Below, piece after piece: positions 61,232-64,000 of a stretch of 64,000 nt of DNA. Under the pieces are notes generated by a model. That model was not told the DNA's origin and did no database searches. It saw only the letters and a program-made list of their open reading frames with translations. The translations under genes and the position numbers were made by a program. Each line of letters begins with the position of its first letter. The first letter of the stretch is position 1. Origin of the DNA: Burkholderiales bacterium (GTDB lineage: Bacteria; Pseudomonadota; Gammaproteobacteria; Burkholderiales; SG8-39); contig DATLUZ010000052.1 in assembly GCA_035577785.1 (NCBI GenBank), positions 1,380-65,379 of the forward strand, in the 5' to 3' direction.

Positions 61232-63436
61232 ATGGGCAGCGTCCTCCATCTCCACCGGGGCCTGCAGCGCAAGGAATCCTCCCTTACCGCAGCGACGGAA
61301 CGGCCGGAGAGCCTCCTCCGGCCAGGCCATAACGTCTGCGCCGTCGCGCTTGCCGAGCGCCTGTCAGTGCTGGTCGACGCGGAAGCTTACTTCCGCGCGT
61401 TCCACCGCGCGGCATTGCGGGCGAAGCGCTCGATTACGATTCTCGGCTGGGATTTCAACAGCCAGACGCGGCTGCACTTCGATCCGGTGCCCCAGGGCGG
61501 ACCGCCGGCGCTCCTCGGCGAATTTCTGAACTACCTCGTGCGGCGCAGGCGCGGCCTGCACATCAACGTGCTCAACTGGGACTACCCGATGGTGTTCGGC
61601 GCGGACCGGGAATTTCCGCCGCTGTACGGCTTCGGCTGGAAGCCTTCCCGGCGCGTGCGCCTCAGGTACGACGACACCCATCCGGTGGCCGGCTCGCAGC
61701 ACCAGAAGATCGTGCTCATCGACGACGCCCTCGCCTTCGCGGGCGGCATCGATCTCACGGTGCGGCGCTGGGACTCGAGCGAGCACGCGCCGGACGACCC
61801 GCGCCGCGTCGCCTATGGCAAGCCCTATCCCCCGTTCCACGACCTGATGGTGGCCCTCGACGGCGAAGCGGCGCTGGCGCTGGCGCGCATCGCGCGCGAG
61901 CGCTGGCGCCTCGCGACCGGACGCACGCTGAAGGCCGTGTCGGCGCAGAACGATCCTTGGCCGCCCGCGCTCGAGCCCGACCTGCGCGGCGTCGAGGTCG
62001 GCATCGCGCGCACCATGCCGCCGCGGGAAGACGCGCCGGCCGTGCGCGAGGTCGAGGCTCTGTATCTCGACCAGATTGCCTCGGCGCGGCGCGAAATCTA
62101 CATCGAGAACCAGTACTTCACCTCCCCGGGCATCGCCGCCGCGCTCGAGAAGCGCCTCGGCGAGGCCGACGGACCGGAGATCGTGCTGGTGCTGCGCCTG
62201 CTGAGCCACGGCTGGCTCGAAGAGGCGACGATGCACGTACTGCGCACGCGCCTCATCCAGCGGCTCAAGAAGGCCGACCGCCACGGGCGCTTCCACGTGT
62301 ACTACCCGCACATCCCCGGCCTGGGCGAGAGCTGCTGCCTCGACGTGCATTCCAAGATGATGGCGGTCGACGATCGCCAGCTCCGAGTGGGTTCGGCGAA
62401 CCTCTGCAAGCGCTCGATGGGCATGGACACCGAGTGCGACGTGCTGATCGAGTCGCGCGGCGACGCGCAGGTCGCCGCGGCGATCCGCGGGCTGCGCGAC
62501 CGGCTGCTCGCCGAGCACCTGGGCGTGGCGGCCGCACGCTTCCGGGAGGTGCACGACAAGACGGGCTCGTTGCACGGCGCGATCGCTTCGCTGCGCGGCG
62601 ACGGACGCACGTTGCGCGAGCTCGACGAAACCAAGGAATGGCCCGACGCTCTGCTCAGCATCGCCTCGGTGGCCGACCCGAGCGAGCCGATCGCGCTCGA
62701 CTTCCTGTCGAGCGACCGCGTCTCGGCCGCCAACCAGCAGAACGGCCATCCGGCGTGGGGCCGGCTTGCGCTCTTCGCGCTGCTGATCGCCGCGCTCGCT
62801 GCCCTGTGGCGCTGGACCCCGCTCGCCGAGATCGCGAGCGCCGAGCGCGTCATCGACTGGTCCAAGGCGTTCGGCGCCACGTGGTGGGCGCCGATCGTGG
62901 TGGTGCTGTCCTACACGCCGGCCTGCTTCGTCATGTTTCCACGGCCCCTGATCACGCTGGCGAGCGTGATCGCGTTCGGACCCTGGCTCGGGTTCCTGTA
63001 TTCCCTCATCGGCATCGTCTTCGCTTCCGTCGTCACGTTCTTCGCCGGCAAGCGCATGCGGCGCGATACGGTGCGGCGGCTCGCCGGGCCGAAGATCGAG
63101 CGCATGGTCGGCGTCCTGAGAAGCCACGGCCTGCTCGCCATGAGCCTGTTGCGGCTCGTCCCGCTCGCACCATTCTTCGTGGTGGGGGTGGTGGCCGGCG
63201 CCGTGCGCCTGAAGCTGTGGCACCTCGCCGTGGGCACGGCGGTCGGCATGCTCCCGGGAACGCTCGCCGCCACGCTCTTCGGCGATCAGCTCGAGCACGC
63301 GCTCTCCGGCGGCCGGATCAACTGGTGGATCGTGGCAGGTTGCGCCGCGCTGCTCGCCGGCGGCGCGTACCTGGTCAAGCGCTGGTTCGCCAGGATGGCG
63401 CACCGCTCGCAGCGCGAAGACCCAGCCGCCAGGTGA
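61232..63436 (+). CDS. phospholipase D/cardiolipin-synthase-like protein (two HKD motifs) fused to a C-terminal VTT/DedA-type (SNARE-associated) membrane domain
   Basis: HKD motifs HQKIVLIDD and HSKMMAVDD. The C-terminal 230 aa or so carry about 5-6 TM segments with a TVP38/DedA-like character. Confidence 0.85.
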   Translation: MGSVLHLHRGLQRKESSLTAATERPESLLRPGHNVCAVALAERLSVLVDAEAYFRAFHRAALRAKRSITILGWDFNSQTRLHFDPVPQGGPPALLGEFLNYLVRRRRGLHINVLNWDYPMVFGADREFPPLYGFGWKPSRRVRLRYDDTHPVAGSQHQKIVLIDDALAFAGGIDLTVRRWDSSEHAPDDPRRVAYGKPYPPFHDLMVALDGEAALALARIARERWRLATGRTLKAVSAQNDPWPPALEPDLRGVEVGIARTMPPREDAPAVREVEALYLDQIASARREIYIENQYFTSPGIAAALEKRLGEADGPEIVLVLRLLSHGWLEEATMHVLRTRLIQRLKKADRHGRFHVYYPHIPGLGESCCLDVHSKMMAVDDRQLRVGSANLCKRSMGMDTECDVLIESRGDAQVAAAIRGLRDRLLAEHLGVAAARFREVHDKTGSLHGAIASLRGDGRTLRELDETKEWPDALLSIASVADPSEPIALDFLSSDRVSAANQQNGHPAWGRLALFALLIAALAALWRWTPLAEIASAERVIDWSKAFGATWWAPIVVVLSYTPACFVMFPRPLITLASVIAFGPWLGFLYSLIGIVFASVVTFFAGKRMRRDTVRRLAGPKIERMVGVLRSHGLLAMSLLRLVPLAPFFVVGVVAGAVRLKLWHLAVGTAVGMLPGTLAATLFGDQLEHALSGGRINWWIVAGCAALLAGGAYLVKRWFARMAHRSQREDPAAR

Positions 63437-64000
63437 AGGCCGACGCGAGCCTCGCCAGCTGGCGCTCGCTCGACGAGCAGCTCGGCGCGGACTGCCTGCG
63501 CATCGCGAGCTACAACCTGCACGGCTGCGTGGGGCGCGACGGCGAGCGCGACGCCGAGCGCATCGCGGGCGTGATCGGCGAGCTCGGCTGCGACACGGTC
63601 GGCCTGCAGGAGGTCTATCACCTCGACCTCCTCGCCGGGCGCACGGGCCTGCAGGCGATCTCGGGGCCGCCGTACGTGTGGCACGGACGCCATGTCGGCA
63701 ACGCGCTGCTCACGAGCCGCAAGGTGCTCGAGGTGCGCAACCACGACTACACCTGGCCGAGGCACGAGCCCCGCACCGCGCTCGATGTGGACCTCGACGT
63801 CGAGGGGGAGACCGTGCGGGTGATCGTCACCCACCTCGGTCTCAAGCCGGCGGAGCGCCGCTTCCAGGTGCGCAAGCTCCTCGACCTCATCAAGGCGACG
63901 CCGCTTTACGAGCGTGTGGTGGTGCTGGGCGACATCAACGAATGGCTCCCGCTCAGCCGGCCGCTGCGCTGGCTCAACGCCCTGCTCGGCCACTCGCCGC
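63433..64000 (+). CDS. endonuclease/exonuclease/phosphatase (EEP) family protein, N-terminal part (runs off the window)
   Basis: Not in the ORF table because no stop is reached. GTG 63433 overlaps the PLD stop (GTGA). My translation reads LRIASYNLHGC...DTVGLQEV...VTHLGL...VVLGDINEW, typical of the EEP fold. Confidence 0.75.
   Translation, partial: MKADASLASWRSLDEQLGADCLRIASYNLHGCVGRDGERDAERIAGVIGELGCDTVGLQEVYHLDLLAGRTGLQAISGPPYVWHGRHVGNALLTSRKVLEVRNHDYTWPRHEPRTALDVDLDVEGETVRVIVTHLGLKPAERRFQVRKLLDLIKATPLYERVVVLGDINEWLPLSRPLRWLNALLGHSP

Overview
High-GC, gene-dense bacterial chromosomal segment. Hand-counted 60-nt samples give about 68-70% G+C. I call about 70 protein-coding genes on both strands. 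I recognise no rRNA, tRNA, CRISPR array, transposase or integrase. Three orphan Bug/TctC-type periplasmic binding proteins and the overall gene set suggest a Burkholderiales-type betaproteobacterium (inference only). Many gene junctions are ATGA/GTGA or similar overlaps, at 10864, 15863, 21591, 27518, 37261, 42873, 43473, 51380, 55684 and 63433. I used these to define operons.

Content in order:
- End of a methylcitrate cluster (prpD 3' end, small ORF, acnA).
- BON-SRPBCC protein.
- Periplasmic quinoprotein island at 4.7-9.6 kb: an operon of exported ankyrin, PQQ sugar dehydrogenase and diheme cytochrome c, divergent from a PQQ alcohol dehydrogenase with its own diheme cytochrome c.
- marR with two tandem DCC (DUF393) genes, divergent from an SDR-fatty-acid-desaturase fusion ORF and a third DCC gene (10.4-13.8 kb).
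- hslR, msrA, then a panE-like / DUF1311-like / TPR-GT41 operon.
- An AT-richer island at about 18.55-20.7 kb (about 47-55% G+C in hand counts). Inside it a B3-type metallo-beta-lactamase homologue and a lipoprotein gene are bracketed by a perfect 26-bp direct repeat.
- HdrC/HdrB-like pair, dusA, housekeeping and transport genes.
- FtsX-type permease plus AttH-like protein with no ATPase gene.
- Secreted hydrolases and a cytochrome c-BON fusion.
- Soluble Hanks-type Ser/Thr kinase coupled to DUF2157-like membrane proteins (34.5-39.1 kb).
- glnS.
- Cupin plus a three-subunit (split beta) Co-type nitrile-hydratase-family enzyme (42.4-44.1 kb).
- CelD-like GNAT plus JmjC-like cupin.
- ParB/Srx-like plus CHAD operon.
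- Half-size PqiAB.
- TPR-methyltransferase.
- Secreted repeat protein with GTSNS(T/S) tandem repeats.
- PLD-VTT fusion plus EEP phosphatase.

Most worth follow-up: the repeat-bracketed MBL cassette, the cupin/split-beta NHase operon, the kinase/DUF2157 module, the DCC/MarR/SDR-desaturase cluster, the ankyrin-containing quinoprotein island and the ParB-like/CHAD pair. All family assignments come from motif and sequence recognition by eye. No database search was run.
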